The position numbers and the translations under genes are program-made. This document shows positions 30,389 through 49,340 of a stretch of 64,000 bases of DNA, piece by piece. Below the pieces are notes generated by a model. That model was not told the origin of the DNA. It did no database searches and worked only from the letters and a program-made list of their open reading frames with translations. This DNA is from an uncultured Chlamydiae bacterium (GTDB taxonomy: Bacteria; Chlamydiota; Chlamydiia; Chlamydiales; SM23-39): positions 17,712 through 81,711 of the forward strand of contig CAVSSM010000004.1 of assembly GCA_963730605.1 (NCBI GenBank). The letters are read 5' to 3'. How positions within the stretch are numbered: position 1 is the first letter of the stretch; each line of letters begins with the position of its first letter.

Positions 30389-32175
30389 GCTTTTCTCATC
30401 GTTCTCGTTTTCGCATCGATCTTTTGTTCCGCTGCGTGAATGGCCGCCTTATACGCTTGCGACTGGAATGGGAGGAAGTTGATGTTCTTGATATCGTTTT
30501 GGAGAGTGAGAAAAAAGCTTCTCGCCTCATCGTGCGCATCAAAATCGAATTCGACATCGAAAATTTTCTGGATCAAGCGGAACATTTCGATTTGGCGCTC
30601 GAGAGGACAGTAGGCGTCTTCCTTATCGAAAGCGTTTTGCTGCAAATAGGCAAACTCATAAAGCTCCGATTTGAGGAAGATGATCATATCGATGAGCGCC
30701 ACCCCTTCTTCGCCCACCACCTCCATTCTTTTGCCAATCTCATCCCCTTTGCGAAGGATCTCCGCTGCTTTGCGGACCCGATCCGCCCACTTGGCATACC
30801 GTTCATTGAGATTGGCCCCCGCCTCGTCCAAATATTTCGTCCAAGAGATGAGCGGATCGATCGCTGGATAGCGGCGAGCGTCCGACCTGGCCCTCGAAAG
30901 CCCGTGGAACGCTCCGACGATGGCAAGAGACGCCTGAGTGACCGGCTCTTCAAAGTTGCCGCCGGCCGGCGATACGCTGCCGCCGATCGTCAAGGAGCCT
31001 ATCCGGCCGCCCTTCGTCTCGACGACTCCCGATCTCTCATAGAAAGAGGAGATGCGGGAAGCGAGATAGGCGGGGAAAGCTTCTTCGCCGGGAATCTCTT
31101 CGAGGCGGCCCGACATCTCGCGCATGGCCTGAGCCCAGCGGGAGGTCGAATCGGCTAAGAGAAGCACATCGATTCCCATCTGGCGGTAATATTCGGCGAT
31201 CGCGGCCCCCATGTAGACGGAAGCTTCGCGGGCGGCGACCGGCATCGAAGAGGTATTGCAGATCATGACCGTCCGCTTCATCAGGGAATCGTTCGTATGG
31301 GGGTCGGTCAGCTGCGGAAACGTGCGGAGAACCTCGACGATCTCCCCTGCTCTCTCCCCACACGCTACGATGACGACGATATCGACGGCCGAGTACTTCG
31401 AGAGATGGTGCTGCATGACGGTTTTTCCGGCGCCAAACGGGCCCGGAGAACAGAACGTCCCCCCTTTGAGGACAGGGAACTGGGTGTCGAGGATCCTAAG
31501 GCCGGTATCCATCATGCGGCTCGGCTTGATTTTTCTCCCTTCGAACAGGGGGTTCTTAACGGGCCATTTTTGGACCATGGTAAAAGAAACCGTCTTCCCC
31601 GATTCATCCACCCCTTCGGCCACTTCCGTGTCGATCGTGTAGGTCGCGGCCTTAGCGACGCGTGTGATCTTCACCTTGCCGAAATAAGAAAAGGGAACCA
31701 TGATGAGGTGCTGAAACCTCCCCTCAGGAACGAAGCCGAGGGTCTCTCCTCGAGAAAGGACGTCCCCAGGTTTTGCGACAGGGGTAAAATCCCATTTTTT
31801 CTCCCGGTTCAAAGGTTTGATATAGACGCCGCGGGAAAGATATACGCCGGTCGCATTCGCCACCTCTTCCAAAGGGTTTTGCAATCCATCGAAAATGGAG
31901 GTGAGGAGGCCTGGGCCAAGCTCCGCTTCGAGTAAATGGCCCGCGAAATGGACCGGCGTCGCGAACTTAACGCCGCGTGTATCTTCGAATACCTGCATCT
32001 TCGCCTCTCCAGAGGCGATTTCGATCACCTCGGCGAGAAGTTGGGAATGGCCGACTTTGACGTAGGCGACCTCTCCTTGGCGGATCGAGCCGTTGAAGCG
32101 AACGTGCAAGAGGTTGCCGAACGCTTGGACGACAGTCCCGGAAGCGTGCTTTGATGATGGATCGGACTCATTCAT
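30385..32175 (-). CDS. atpA: V-type ATP synthase subunit A
   Basis: Walker [34 protein letters not shown]. Confidence 0.97.
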   Translation of the reverse strand: MNESDPSSKHASGTVVQAFGNLLHVRFNGSIRQGEVAYVKVGHSQLLAEVIEIASGEAKMQVFEDTRGVKFATPVHFAGHLLEAELGPGLLTSIFDGLQNPLEEVANATGVYLSRGVYIKPLNREKKWDFTPVAKPGDVLSRGETLGFVPEGRFQHLIMVPFSYFGKVKITRVAKAATYTIDTEVAEGVDESGKTVSFTMVQKWPVKNPLFEGRKIKPSRMMDTGLRILDTQFPVLKGGTFCSPGPFGAGKTVMQHHLSKYSAVDIVVIVACGERAGEIVEVLRTFPQLTDPHTNDSLMKRTVMICNTSSMPVAAREASVYMGAAIAEYYRQMGIDVLLLADSTSRWAQAMREMSGRLEEIPGEEAFPAYLASRISSFYERSGVVETKGGRIGSLTIGGSVSPAGGNFEEPVTQASLAIVGAFHGLSRARSDARRYPAIDPLISWTKYLDEAGANLNERYAKWADRVRKAAEILRKGDEIGKRMEVVGEEGVALIDMIIFLKSELYEFAYLQQNAFDKEDAYCPLERQIEMFRLIQKIFDVEFDFDAHDEARSFFLTLQNDIKNINFLPFQSQAYKAAIHAAEQKIDAKTRTMRKA

Positions 32176-32944
32176 ATTCACTCAATTTTTCTACTTCTAA
32201 TCTTCCCTTCACTCGATCGAGTTGAAACCAGTTGTCGATGATGAGGAACCGGGCCGCAATCCCTAGAACCTGATCGATCGAAAACGGGGCCTCTTCATCT
32301 TCCATTTCTTCGATTTTCTTTAAACGGTACTCCAAGAGAGCACGATCTAATTTTTCTGGATCGTGGGCATTTTCTACAAACAAGATTTTCAAATCTTCGT
32401 ATTCTTTCGGTGGGATGAAATCTGCCGCGTCTTTTTGAGCCAGGATATTTGCGATGAAAGGATCTGCCGGATCCTCGAACTGCAGCTCCCTTAAGAGATC
32501 GCGGTGAGCCGCCCTTGCTCTTAGCGCCGTTAAAATCAGCGCCCGCTCCCTTTCAAAACGATAGTAGCGGCTCAAAAAACCCTTCAAGGAATCCTCTGAT
32601 TCGCGAAAAAAGGAGGCGAAAAGCGATGGAAAGGCCTTTAACCTCTCTTTTGGCGACTCATGACGGTCCAAAAATTCCGTGAGGTACAAAGGAAGCCCCT
32701 CCTGCAAGAGCATGGCCTCCTCGAGTTCCTGCCCACTGAGATTTCCCCTCTCGTCCAAAGGCATCCCGAGCCATAAGGCGCGGATATTATAGAGATCGAT
32801 CGGCCGGAGCAAGGCCTGGAACTTTTTTAAATCGGGAGGCGTTAGGTTCAAAGAAAAAAGTCTTTTTAGCTCCTTGAACGTCATTTCGGGAGCCGCCTTC
32901 AAGCTTAAGGGAGGAAGGGCGGGAAGAAGAAAATAATAATACAC
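32168..32944 (-). CDS. V-ATPase operon protein (DUF2764, subunit C-like)
   Basis: MYYYFLLPALPPL start; position between atpE and atpA. Confidence 0.8.
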   Translation of the reverse strand: MYYYFLLPALPPLSLKAAPEMTFKELKRLFSLNLTPPDLKKFQALLRPIDLYNIRALWLGMPLDERGNLSGQELEEAMLLQEGLPLYLTEFLDRHESPKERLKAFPSLFASFFRESEDSLKGFLSRYYRFERERALILTALRARAAHRDLLRELQFEDPADPFIANILAQKDAADFIPPKEYEDLKILFVENAHDPEKLDRALLEYRLKKIEEMEDEEAPFSIDQVLGIAARFLIIDNWFQLDRVKGRLEVEKLSEYE

Positions 32945-32951
32945 TGATGCC

Positions 32952-33578
32952 TTATACGCTAAAAATAAGATCCCGGAAATCGCGCCGTATGTACTGGGCG
33001 ATCACTTCCCTCACCGCTTCATCGGAAATGTCGATCGTGATTTTTCTCTCTTTGAGCCGGACTTTAGCCCCTCCGGCAAAGCCGCCAACGGCGATCCCCT
33101 CTTTTTTGAGGCGATCTAAGACCTGGGCAGCTAAAAGGGAGCTAATCGTTCGGGGCGCGATCGATTTCGGGATCACGGCGACAAAATCGTCATCGATCCC
33201 CTTCTCCTCCATCGCCTTCATAAACGCATTGAGAATGTGGGCGACGGCTTTCGGATCTCCCATTTCCTTTTCGACAAGGCTGAAAAGCTCGCGGTTGAAA
33301 AGTTCATGTTCGATCTCTTGCTTCATCCGCTCGATCCCCTGGCGGCATGCCATCGCAAGGGACGATTCGAAGATTTTCTTTCTTTCCTCGATCTCTTTTT
33401 CAGCCTTGCGGATCTCCATTTCCGCTTTTTTCTTCGCCACTTGTTCGATTTCAGAGGCAGCGAGATGGGCGTTTTCGACGATCTCCCTCGCCTCTTGCTT
33501 AGCCGGCTCCAAGGTCTCTTTCCGGAGCGCGTCGCAAATCTTTTGGACTTTGTCCTTTCCTGTCTCCAATCCTTTCAC
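32952..33578 (-). CDS. atpE: V-type ATP synthase subunit E
   Basis: KVQKICDALRKETLEPAKQEA; GTG start at 33578 with GGAGG RBS. Confidence 0.9.
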   Translation of the reverse strand: MKGLETGKDKVQKICDALRKETLEPAKQEAREIVENAHLAASEIEQVAKKKAEMEIRKAEKEIEERKKIFESSLAMACRQGIERMKQEIEHELFNRELFSLVEKEMGDPKAVAHILNAFMKAMEEKGIDDDFVAVIPKSIAPRTISSLLAAQVLDRLKKEGIAVGGFAGGAKVRLKERKITIDISDEAVREVIAQYIRRDFRDLIFSV

Positions 33579-33640
33579 CGGGGCCTCCGCTAACAATTCC
33601 TCATCGATTCTACACCTCGCTCTATTTTTTTACCTAAAAA

Positions 33641-33656
33641 ACGCGAGTTCTCGCGT
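33641..33656. repeat. Collapsed 16-bp family-C element flanked by a TAAAAA duplication
   Basis: TAAAAA-ACGCGAGTTCTCGCGT-TAAAAA; ends match the 57991-58137 element. Confidence 0.65.
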
Positions 33657-33837
33657 TAAAAATGCTCCAAAAAATCTCCAAAAACTGATGAAGTTCCAAT
33701 CCCTTTTCAGTCTCTAACTCCTTCTTACAAAGAGGGTTTTTGAAATTTCTAGAAAAAATTGAGAAAAAATTATATAAACTGGTATTTACGAGTCGTAGGA
33801 CTTCGGTTATGCTGTTTTTCAAACCTGGAGAGTTAAA

Positions 33838-34065
33838 ATGAAAAAAATCACGATGTTAATAGCAGTGCTAGCGATGGTGGGAAGCAATTCTGCTTTTGCC
33901 CAAAATAACAATATGGGGAAAGGCTCTGCTGCCAGTGCAAACACTAGCTCTAGCAACGGTTATATGAGCTGGCTAGTCGGGCTGGGCTCGTTGGCAGTGC
34001 TTGGGACAGTTGTCGGCCTTTCAGCCGCTTCTGCTTCCTCCACGCCATCTACCTTTGGCCACTAG
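33838..34065 (+). CDS. Small exported/membrane protein (signal peptide, C-terminal TM, Ser/Thr tail ending in His)
   Basis: GGAGAG RBS; MKKITMLIAVLAMVGSNSAFA signal; WLVGLGSLAVLGTVVGL. Confidence 0.75.
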   Translation: MKKITMLIAVLAMVGSNSAFAQNNNMGKGSAASANTSSSNGYMSWLVGLGSLAVLGTVVGLSAASASSTPSTFGH

Positions 34066-34151
34066 AAGTTTAAACCAGATCCCTCCTTGCCCAGCCTCTC
34101 TCTGATTGCCTGAAAGTCGGCGATATGAGATAAGGGGGCTTAGGGGGGATT

Positions 34152-34409
34152 ATGATTCGTCGAGCATTGCTTGTCGTCCTGGCTCTCGCTTTTCTCTCCA
34201 CGGGCTTTGCCCAGGAGGCCGTAAGCCGAGAGAGAGCTGCGCGGCGCGGTGAAAACGCCGGTTACGGTTCCAGGAATGCTACCGTTTTATCCATGATGGG
34301 CTGGGGGGTTGGCTTAGCTGTTGGAATTGCAACGCTTTGCGCATTGATTCCAATCAGTGAAGCATCCACCGCTCATGTAAGCTCAACCTCTAGCACTACC
34401 TCTCACTAA
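34152..34409 (+). CDS. Small exported/membrane protein with the same architecture
   Basis: MIRRALLVVLALAFLSTGFA signal; WGVGLAVGIATLCALI; ends SSTTSH. Confidence 0.75.
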   Translation: MIRRALLVVLALAFLSTGFAQEAVSRERAARRGENAGYGSRNATVLSMMGWGVGLAVGIATLCALIPISEASTAHVSSTSSTTSH

Positions 34410-34419
34410 GACACATTAT

Positions 34420-35103
34420 ATGGCCCTTCGATTTTTGCTCTCCTTGATTTTTCCTTGTTTTCTCTTGGGCGCGCAAATGTCCCCCATCCCTCTTTTCGAC
34501 CCTCCCCAAGGCTGGGAGTGCGCATTTCCAGAGAATCTATCTCCTTGTATTCAAATAGGATTTCTCGGGAAAGGCTCGACGGCTTTCCGTCCGTCGGTCA
34601 ACATGGCGATCGAAGAGATCGACGTTGGGTTGCAACAGTACCTAAAAGCCGTAAAAGCGATCCATGCCGAGGAACATGGCACGACTTGGCGCGATCTCGG
34701 GAAATTCAACACCCGCGCAGGCGTTGGCCGCCTGACGGAGATCTGCACTACGTCTCATCTTGGACCCGTCAAGATGCTGCAAATGATCGTTGTCTCGGGA
34801 AAAGCCGCATACATCTTGACAGGCGCTTCGATTAAAGACGACTTCCTCCGGTTTCAGGAAACGTTTATGAAAACCTTCCAATCCTTTCGCTTAATGAGCG
34901 ACCTCTTCTCTCCTCTCCCCTCGGAGAAAAAGAAGTGCTTTGAATCGTTTTTCTTAGAGCTTGGGCAGTCTGCCATGGACACGGCAGAAAGAGAAGCGAA
35001 ATGGGCCGATTTGCAAGCGCTTGTGAACCAGGAGGTCCATGAAATGGGCAGCTATTGGCAAGTTCTCGTATTAAAATCGGGCCGAGAAAAGATCTACCAT
35101 TAA
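34420..35103 (+). CDS. Conserved chlamydial exported protein (PsbP/DcrB-like fold suspected)
   Basis: Signal peptide; FDPPQGWE, FRPSVNMAIE, AAYILTG; between the V-ATPase operon and tal. Confidence 0.7.
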   Translation: MALRFLLSLIFPCFLLGAQMSPIPLFDPPQGWECAFPENLSPCIQIGFLGKGSTAFRPSVNMAIEEIDVGLQQYLKAVKAIHAEEHGTTWRDLGKFNTRAGVGRLTEICTTSHLGPVKMLQMIVVSGKAAYILTGASIKDDFLRFQETFMKTFQSFRLMSDLFSPLPSEKKKCFESFFLELGQSAMDTAEREAKWADLQALVNQEVHEMGSYWQVLVLKSGREKIYH

Positions 35104-35130
35104 AAATCTAGAGGGAATATAGGGAGTTTG

Positions 35131-35303
35131 GAGGGTGTCTACAAAGGGAGGGAACGCCCGAGTTTTTGGATTATTTTGGCCGCTTTTCGACTTCAAAGCT
35201 TGGGGGGCCATATACTGCTGTCGATATTGCCCCCAAGTCTTGAATCGAAAATCGGCTCAAAAGAACCGAAAAATCGACAGAACCTCACTTTGTAGACACC
35301 CTC
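35131..35303. mobile_element. 173-bp palindromic element (family D)
   Basis: IR GAGGGTGTCTACAAAG...CTTTGTAGACACCCTC; core shared with 56438-56609. Confidence 0.85.
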
Positions 35304-35332
35304 TTAGATCAAGATGAAGGGAAGGACTTCCC

Positions 35333-35629
35333 ATGCAAAAAATCTTTTTCCTAATCCTTGTGCTCCTTGCCATGAGTCCAAAGCTTTGCGCCGAGGAAAG
35401 CGAGACCGCAGCGGCTCTTGCGGCCGAACCGCCCCAGCAGGAAACAGAGACCTCCGAGGCCTCCTCGTCAGAAGCGACGAATCCGCAAACAGGCGCAGCG
35501 TCAGCGTCCTCGGCGGAAGCGGGCCAGAAGGCCGTTTGGCAAAATTGGGTGTTCGCTGGCAGCGCGCTTGCGACCGTGACCGCGGGAGTCGTGATCATTT
35601 CGCTCAATTCAGGCACTACCTCGCACTAG
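35333..35629 (+). CDS. Small exported/membrane protein with acidic linker, same architecture
   Basis: MQKIFFLILVLLAM signal; WQNWVFAGSALATVTAGVVIISL; ends GTTSH. Confidence 0.75.
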   Translation: MQKIFFLILVLLAMSPKLCAEESETAAALAAEPPQQETETSEASSSEATNPQTGAASASSAEAGQKAVWQNWVFAGSALATVTAGVVIISLNSGTTSH

Positions 35630-36069
35630 TCGCAGCATGGGTTTTCAGCGGCTGCATGGCAGCTAGCCCTTGGAAGCTCGACTCGATTTCAACAGGGGTA
35701 GAGAGCTTCGATTCCGCGCGGTTGACTTATTCGACAGCCGACTCCCCTCTCCGTTTTGAGATCATGGCCGCCCAAGATGGGATCGAGACATTTTTAAGTC
35801 TGACGAGGCACAAATTCACTCCCAAAGAGGACGTAAAAGTGGCAATCTCGATCGGCGGCGAAAAATCTGTAGAGACAATCCCTTTCTTAGAGGGGAAAAT
35901 GCGGCTCCGCTTCCCCCTGGAGACGACAGAGAGGATTCTTAGGGCCTTGCAAGAAGGGCAGGAAGTTGCTATCATGGTCGATGGTTTTGAAGGGCGTCTC
36001 TCTCCTGAACGATTTTTGAGCCAATATGAAAATTTATTAGAGCGCAGCCCTTTCAAAGGACTCTTTTGA
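35590..36069 (+). CDS. Hypothetical lipoprotein, start uncertain, overlapping the upstream gene
   Basis: Lipobox-like LALVAAWVFSGC followed by about 135 aa of protein-like sequence. Confidence 0.5.
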   Translation, partial: RDHFAQFRHYLALVAAWVFSGCMAASPWKLDSISTGVESFDSARLTYSTADSPLRFEIMAAQDGIETFLSLTRHKFTPKEDVKVAISIGGEKSVETIPFLEGKMRLRFPLETTERILRALQEGQEVAIMVDGFEGRLSPERFLSQYENLLERSPFKGLF

Positions 36070-36098
36070 CGTTTAAACCCTAATAGTGGGATAGGCTC

Positions 36099-37046
36099 AT
36101 GAACCAACTCGACCAATTGAAGAAATTCACCACAGTTGTCGCTGACACGGGAGATTTCGAGACTCTCAAACACTACCATCCCACCGACTCGACCACTAAC
36201 CCCTCCCTGATCTTTGCCGCCAGCCAGCAGTCCCAGTATAAACACTTGGTCGACGATGCGGTTCGGTATGGCAAATCCAAGGGCGACAAGAGCCTGGGCC
36301 ATGCGATCGATAAAGTCTTTGTGAATTTCGGGCTTGAGATCCTGAAACTGATTCCTGGGCGGGTCTCCACGGAAGTGGACGCCCGCCTCTCCTTCGATGT
36401 CGAAGGGAGTATGACCAAGGCGCATCATCTGATCTCTCTTTACGAATCGGCCGGCGTTGACCGAAAACGGGTTCTTATTAAGCTTGCTTCTACCTGGGAA
36501 GGCGTCATCGCTGCCCGCCAGCTAGAAAAGGAGGGCATCCATTGCAATATGACCCTCATGTTCAGCCTTCCGCAAGCGATCGCTTGCGCAGAGGCCAAAG
36601 CGACCCTAATCTCCCCCTTCGTCGGCCGCATTCTCGACTGGCATAAGAAAAACGAGGGCGTCGCTTCTTATCCTCCTGCGGAAGACCCTGGGGTCAAATC
36701 GGTGGCCAAGATCTACAACTATTACAAAAAATTCGGCTATAAGACGCAGATCATGGGAGCCTCGTTCCGCAATAAGGATGAAATTTTGGAGCTCGCAGGC
36801 TGCGATCTTCTGACGATCTCCCCTCCCCTTCTTGAAGAGCTTAAGACCTCTTCGGTCCCTGTCTCCCGCAAGCTCGATCCCGAGAAAGCGAAAGCCAACT
36901 CGATCGAGAAGATCTCTGTCGACGAGAAGGCCTTCCGCTACCTTCTTAACGAAGATGCGATGGCAACTGAAAAGCTCTCCGAGGGGATTCGCAATTTCGC
37001 GAAGGATATCATCAAGCTCGAAGCCATCCTTAAAAAATTGCTATAG
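36099..37046 (+). CDS. tal: Transaldolase
   Basis: [49 protein letters not shown]. Confidence 0.97.
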   Translation: MNQLDQLKKFTTVVADTGDFETLKHYHPTDSTTNPSLIFAASQQSQYKHLVDDAVRYGKSKGDKSLGHAIDKVFVNFGLEILKLIPGRVSTEVDARLSFDVEGSMTKAHHLISLYESAGVDRKRVLIKLASTWEGVIAARQLEKEGIHCNMTLMFSLPQAIACAEAKATLISPFVGRILDWHKKNEGVASYPPAEDPGVKSVAKIYNYYKKFGYKTQIMGASFRNKDEILELAGCDLLTISPPLLEELKTSSVPVSRKLDPEKAKANSIEKISVDEKAFRYLLNEDAMATEKLSEGIRNFAKDIIKLEAILKKLL

Positions 37047-37118
37047 AGTAGTAAGAAGGCGGGATATTAAGCAGGTATCTATATCGAGCAAGCGGGACAA
37101 AAATTGGTGAGAGCGCTC

Positions 37119-38258
37119 CTAGAGAAGTATTCTTAAATGTGCCACATGCGCCACGAATGCACGACCGGCAGAGGTAATGCTTTCTGAGTCTGAAAGGGTG
37201 AGGCCTGTGAGTTTTGTTAAACCCGCTAGATGCTCCAACCCGGCATCGGTGATTTCGCACCCTGCCAGGTTGAGGGTTGCGAGATTTATTAATTTTGCCA
37301 GAGGCTGCAGCCCGAGGTCGGTGATCCGATGGCACCCTGCCAGGTTGAGGCTTGCGAGATTTGTTAATTTTGCCAGGGGCTGCAGCCCGAGGTCGGTGAT
37401 CTGATCGCACTCTGCCAGGTTGAGACTTGTGAGATTTGTTAAATTTGCCAGGAGCTGCAGTCCGAGGTAGGTGATCTGACGGCACGCCGTCAGGTTGAGG
37501 TTTGTGAGAGCTGTTAAATTTGCCAGAAGCTGCAGCCCGAGGTCGGTGACCTGATCGCACCATGCCAGGTTGAGGGTTGCGAGATTTGTTAATTTTGCCA
37601 GGGGCTGCAGCCCGAGGTCGGTGAGAGCATAACAGGCTGATAGGTTGAGGCTTGTGAGAGCTGTTAAATTTGCTAGGGGCTGCAGGTCGGTGATCCGACG
37701 GCACCCTGCCAGGTTGAGGCTTGTGAGAGCTGTTAAATTTGCCAGGGGCTGGAGGTCGGTGATCCGATGGCACCCTGTCAAGTTGAGGGTTGCGAGATTT
37801 GTTAATTTTGCCAGATGCCGCAGCCCGGCGTTGGTGAAAGCAGGACAGTTTGCTGCATTAATTTCAGTAATGCCAGGAAAATGTGCAATAATATTTCCCA
37901 GTTCCTTATTAGTAACGTTGCTATTCGATAAATTAATTTTGAACAGCACTGAACTTGAAAAATTTGGATTTAGTTCTCTAATCTCTTCCAAGGTAATCGG
38001 TTCTCCGTCTGCGACTTTGTCTTCAAAACGGCCAATGGCTGCCCCAAAAGGGTCTGAAGCATGATATTGCGTCCGATTCGCCAAAGCGCAAGCTGCATTG
38101 TCTCTACGGTTTAAAAATTTCTGGATATTCGTCGATATGAGTTGTGGCATTTGAGATAGGTAATTAGAATCTTCTGACTCTGTGGCATGACGTCCATCGG
38201 CTTCTCTTTCCGAATTGTAGCCTGGTGTCCCAACTCCGCTCACTGTCATATTTGCCAT
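37119..38258 (-). CDS. F-box-like plus LRR effector-like protein, paralog of 19009-20802
   Basis: LSQMPQLISTNIQKFLNRRDNAA followed by about 9 LRRs (LTNLATLNLAGCxxITDLGLQPL). Confidence 0.85.
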   Translation of the reverse strand: MANMTVSGVGTPGYNSEREADGRHATESEDSNYLSQMPQLISTNIQKFLNRRDNAACALANRTQYHASDPFGAAIGRFEDKVADGEPITLEEIRELNPNFSSSVLFKINLSNSNVTNKELGNIIAHFPGITEINAANCPAFTNAGLRHLAKLTNLATLNLTGCHRITDLQPLANLTALTSLNLAGCRRITDLQPLANLTALTSLNLSACYALTDLGLQPLAKLTNLATLNLAWCDQVTDLGLQLLANLTALTNLNLTACRQITYLGLQLLANLTNLTSLNLAECDQITDLGLQPLAKLTNLASLNLAGCHRITDLGLQPLAKLINLATLNLAGCEITDAGLEHLAGLTKLTGLTLSDSESITSAGRAFVAHVAHLRILL

Positions 38259-38300
38259 CTGGTTATGGGGATAATCCCCTAAGCCTATTTTGGTAATTCC

Positions 38301-38332
38301 GCAAAAAAGATCAGGGGGTTGATCTTTTTTGT
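38301..38332. terminator. Bidirectional intrinsic terminator downstream of rpoC
   Basis: CAAAAAAGATCA-GGGGGT-TGATCTTTTTTG. Confidence 0.65.
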
Positions 38333-38401
38333 GAGAAGCAGACGCCCTTTGCCTGAGGTGCGGAGCGAAAGCTCCGCCTCCTATGCCCGTGTCCAGAGCT
38401 T

Positions 38402-42612
<4,211 letters not shown>

Positions 42613-42629
42613 CTTCAACCTTTCTTTTA

Positions 42630-46440
<3,811 letters not shown>

Positions 46441-46594
46441 GGGTACTCGCTCCTATACGCAGACTGATTCAAAAAATAAGAGTAGAAGCCGTCCTTAAAC
46501 AGCCTCCACTCGGCAGGAAACTTAAAATAACATAGCACTTAGACTCGACTTTGTACAATAAAAAATGAGTGCAGTCGAATTTGACATGAAAAGT

Positions 46595-46987
46595 TTACAA
46601 CCCTTTCAGGGTAACTTTGGCGCCAGCAGCAGTGATTTTCTTTTTAATTTCCTCCGCTTCCGCTTTAGGGCAGCTAGCTTTCAAATCTTTTGGAGCCCCT
46701 TCAACAAGATCTTTGGCTTCTTTCAAGCCAAGGCCTGTCACTTCGCGAACCGCTTTAATGACCGAGATTTTCTTATCGTCTGTAACTGGGCCTTCTAAAA
46801 TAACTTTGAAGTCCGTCGACTCGGAAGCGGCCGCTTCTGCGGGAGCCGCCCCAGCTGGGGCTGCGGCAGCCATTGCTACAGCCGCTTTTACGCCCCATTT
46901 CGCTTCCAGTTTTTCTTTCAGCTTAGCCATGTCCAGCACAGAAAGCTGGCTTAGCTTTTCGACGAGTTCATCTAATTGTTGACTCAT
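46595..46987 (-). CDS. rplL: 50S ribosomal protein L7/L12
   Basis: [24 protein letters not shown]. Confidence 0.97.
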   Translation of the reverse strand: MSQQLDELVEKLSQLSVLDMAKLKEKLEAKWGVKAAVAMAAAAPAGAAPAEAAASESTDFKVILEGPVTDDKKISVIKAVREVTGLGLKEAKDLVEGAPKDLKASCPKAEAEEIKKKITAAGAKVTLKGL

Positions 46988-47004
46988 GGTGATTTTCTCC
47001 TATT

Positions 47005-47513
47005 TCATTCACTTTTTTGGCTAATAATCGAAAGCGGCTCGGCCATCACTGCCTCCAGGACTGCAAGCATTTGGGACATCGGCGATGTGAAAAGCCCCAG
47101 AAGCATAGCGCTCATTTCGTCGATTCCAGGCAGCTTGGATAGCACTTCCAAATCGGCTCCAGGAACGAATTTCCCTTCAATTTGTCCTCCCAACACCTCG
47201 ATCATCTGTTCGTGCTCTTCCGAGAATTTATAGAGCAGTTTTGCCGAAGGCATTGCATCGGGCTGTTTCACGAAAACAACTCCGATATGGCCTTTTAACA
47301 AGCCGGCATCGATGGCGATTCCCAATTGGTCAGCCGCTTTCATAAAAACTTGTTTTCGGACAACCTCGAGTAACCCGCCCGATTTGGCGAGCTGATCGCG
47401 GAGTTGCCAAGCGTGTTGGGAGCGAGTTTTTCATACCGAGTAATGATCATGGCGGTCGAGCCATTGATCTTCTCTTTAATCTCGTTCAATAACAGTTGTT
47501 TTTCCTTTCTCAT
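47005..47513 (-). CDS. rplJ: 50S ribosomal protein L10 (apparent frameshift)
   Basis: MRKEKQLLLNEIKEKI start at 47513; LEVVRKQVFMKAA, LSKLPG; between rplA and rplL. Confidence 0.88.
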
Positions 47514-47522
47514 CTTGCCCCC

Positions 47523-48222
47523 TTAACCCAAATCCAGCGACTGCAGATCGATTTTCAACCCTGGCCCCATCGTCGTAGAAATATAGAGCGAGCGGAGGAA
47601 GTTGCCTTTTGCGCTAGCAGGCCTTACGCGGGCGATGGCCTGCAGCAGAGACCTCAGATTGTCGACAAGCTGCGGCGCACTAAAAGACATTTTCCCAACC
47701 GCATTGTTGACGTTTCCGGTTTTATCGACTTTGAATTCGATTTTTCCCGCTTTGACCTCTTTGACCGCTTTCGCAACATCTGTCGTTACAGTCCCGGCTT
47801 TGGGAGTAGGCATCAGGCCTCTCGGACCTAGCACTTTACCAAGCTTGCCCAGTTCGCGCATCATGTCCGGAGTCGAGATCAACGCAGAAAAATCGGTCCA
47901 TCCTCCTTTGATTTTCTCCAGGAGATCGTCCGCGCCGACAAAATCGGCTCCTGCATCGAGAGCTTCTTTGGCTTTATCCCCTTTGGCGATGACGACGAGC
48001 GATGACTTTTTGTCCTGTGCCGTGAGGGAGAGATACTGTGCCACGCACTTGTTGATCCGACTTTTTCGGATCGATGCCGATTTTCAAAGAGGTATTGACC
48101 GATTGATCAAATTTTACGGAAGGGCATTTTTTTAAAATATCGACAGCTTCTTCCAACTTATAAATCTTATTTGGATCGACCATCTCGTCGATTTTTTTCA
48201 TTCGTTTCGATCGATGAGCCAT
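47523..48222 (-). CDS. rplA: 50S ribosomal protein L1 (apparent frameshift)
   Basis: [43 protein letters not shown]. Confidence 0.95.
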
Positions 48223-48223
48223 C

Positions 48224-48652
48224 TTACTCCTCCACAATATCTACGCCCATGGAGCGCGCTGTTCCCATGACCATCATCTCTGCGGCTTCCACAGAAACGA
48301 TCCGCATGTCTTCGGCTTTCGATTGGGCAATCTTCTTTACTTGTGCACGGGTCATCTTGCCGACTTTATCGCGGTTCGGCACCTTGGATCCTGACTCGAT
48401 GCCGAGTTCTTTCAGGATCATCCGTGACACGGGCGGCTGCTTCGTAATAAAGCTGAATGATTTATCCGTATAAACGCTGATAATGACAGGGAGAACGTCC
48501 CCTGCTTTATCTTGGGTCTTTGCGTTGAATTCCTTGCAAAAGGCCATGATATTGATGCCAGCCGAACCCAAGGCAGGGCCAATGGGAGGGGCGGGATTCG
48601 CCTTTCCTGCGGGAATTTGCAGTTTGATCTGCTTGACGAGTTTTTTTGCCAT
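48224..48652 (-). CDS. rplK: 50S ribosomal protein L11
   Basis: [27 protein letters not shown]. Confidence 0.98.
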   Translation of the reverse strand: MAKKLVKQIKLQIPAGKANPAPPIGPALGSAGINIMAFCKEFNAKTQDKAGDVLPVIISVYTDKSFSFITKQPPVSRMILKELGIESGSKVPNRDKVGKMTRAQVKKIAQSKAEDMRIVSVEAAEMMVMGTARSMGVDIVEE

Positions 48653-48748
48653 TTCAATCCTCTCATGAGTTCAAACGAAGGATCTCTCCTTCTCCTCATC
48701 GTTATTTCCCCCCAAAGACGATGCGTCTTTGGGGGACCCCTTACATAT

Positions 48749-49291
48749 CTAACCTGTATTTTCTGACGTAGCTTCCACTTGCCAAAATTCCAGGTCGTCG
48801 ACGCGGGTATCGCGCCCGAAAATCGATACCATGACGCTCAATCGTCCTTTTTCGTGATTCACTTCGGTCACCGTTCCAATGAAATTGATAAAAACTCCAT
48901 CGGTAATCTTGACCTTGTCTCCCACATCGACTTTGTGCTTTTGCACAATTCCTTTCTTCCGGTCTTCCAACTCTTTCATGATGTCGGCCACTTCTTTCTC
49001 CGTTAAAGGAGTTGGATTTGCGCCGCCCAACAAGTCGATGACGCCGTCTGTATCTTTTACATAGGCCCAAGCCTCTTCAGTCAGATTCATTTTCACGAGG
49101 AGATAGCCTGGCCACATCCGCTTTTCGCTGATCTTCTGCTGGCCCCGTTTCACTTCCGATACATTTTCGGTCGGGATCAAGATCTCGGAAATATCGTCAT
49201 CGAATCCTTTCGCATGGCGGAATTCCTCGAGAGATTTCTTCACCTTCTTCTCTTGGCTCGACATGACTTGAACGACATACCACTTATGCAT
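48749..49291 (-). CDS. nusG: Transcription termination/antitermination factor NusG
   Basis: KWYVVQV, WPGYLLVKM, KOW motif, VSIFGRDT. Confidence 0.97.
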   Translation of the reverse strand: MHKWYVVQVMSSQEKKVKKSLEEFRHAKGFDDDISEILIPTENVSEVKRGQQKISEKRMWPGYLLVKMNLTEEAWAYVKDTDGVIDLLGGANPTPLTEKEVADIMKELEDRKKGIVQKHKVDVGDKVKITDGVFINFIGTVTEVNHEKGRLSVMVSIFGRDTRVDDLEFWQVEATSENTG

Positions 49292-49340
49292 ACTCCCCTA
49301 TCCTTTTTTACCCAAAGTCGATGCGATTTTGGAGGACCCT

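Noticed and set aside
27000..33717. Long plus-strand ORFs opposite the V-ATPase genes
   Set aside because: Antisense shadows of well-supported genes with no recognisable motifs
38344..38381. GC-rich hairpin GGAGC-GAAA-GCTCC after rpoC as a riboswitch or ncRNA
   Set aside because: A single short stem with no recognisable aptamer context; more simply a 3' stabilising hairpin
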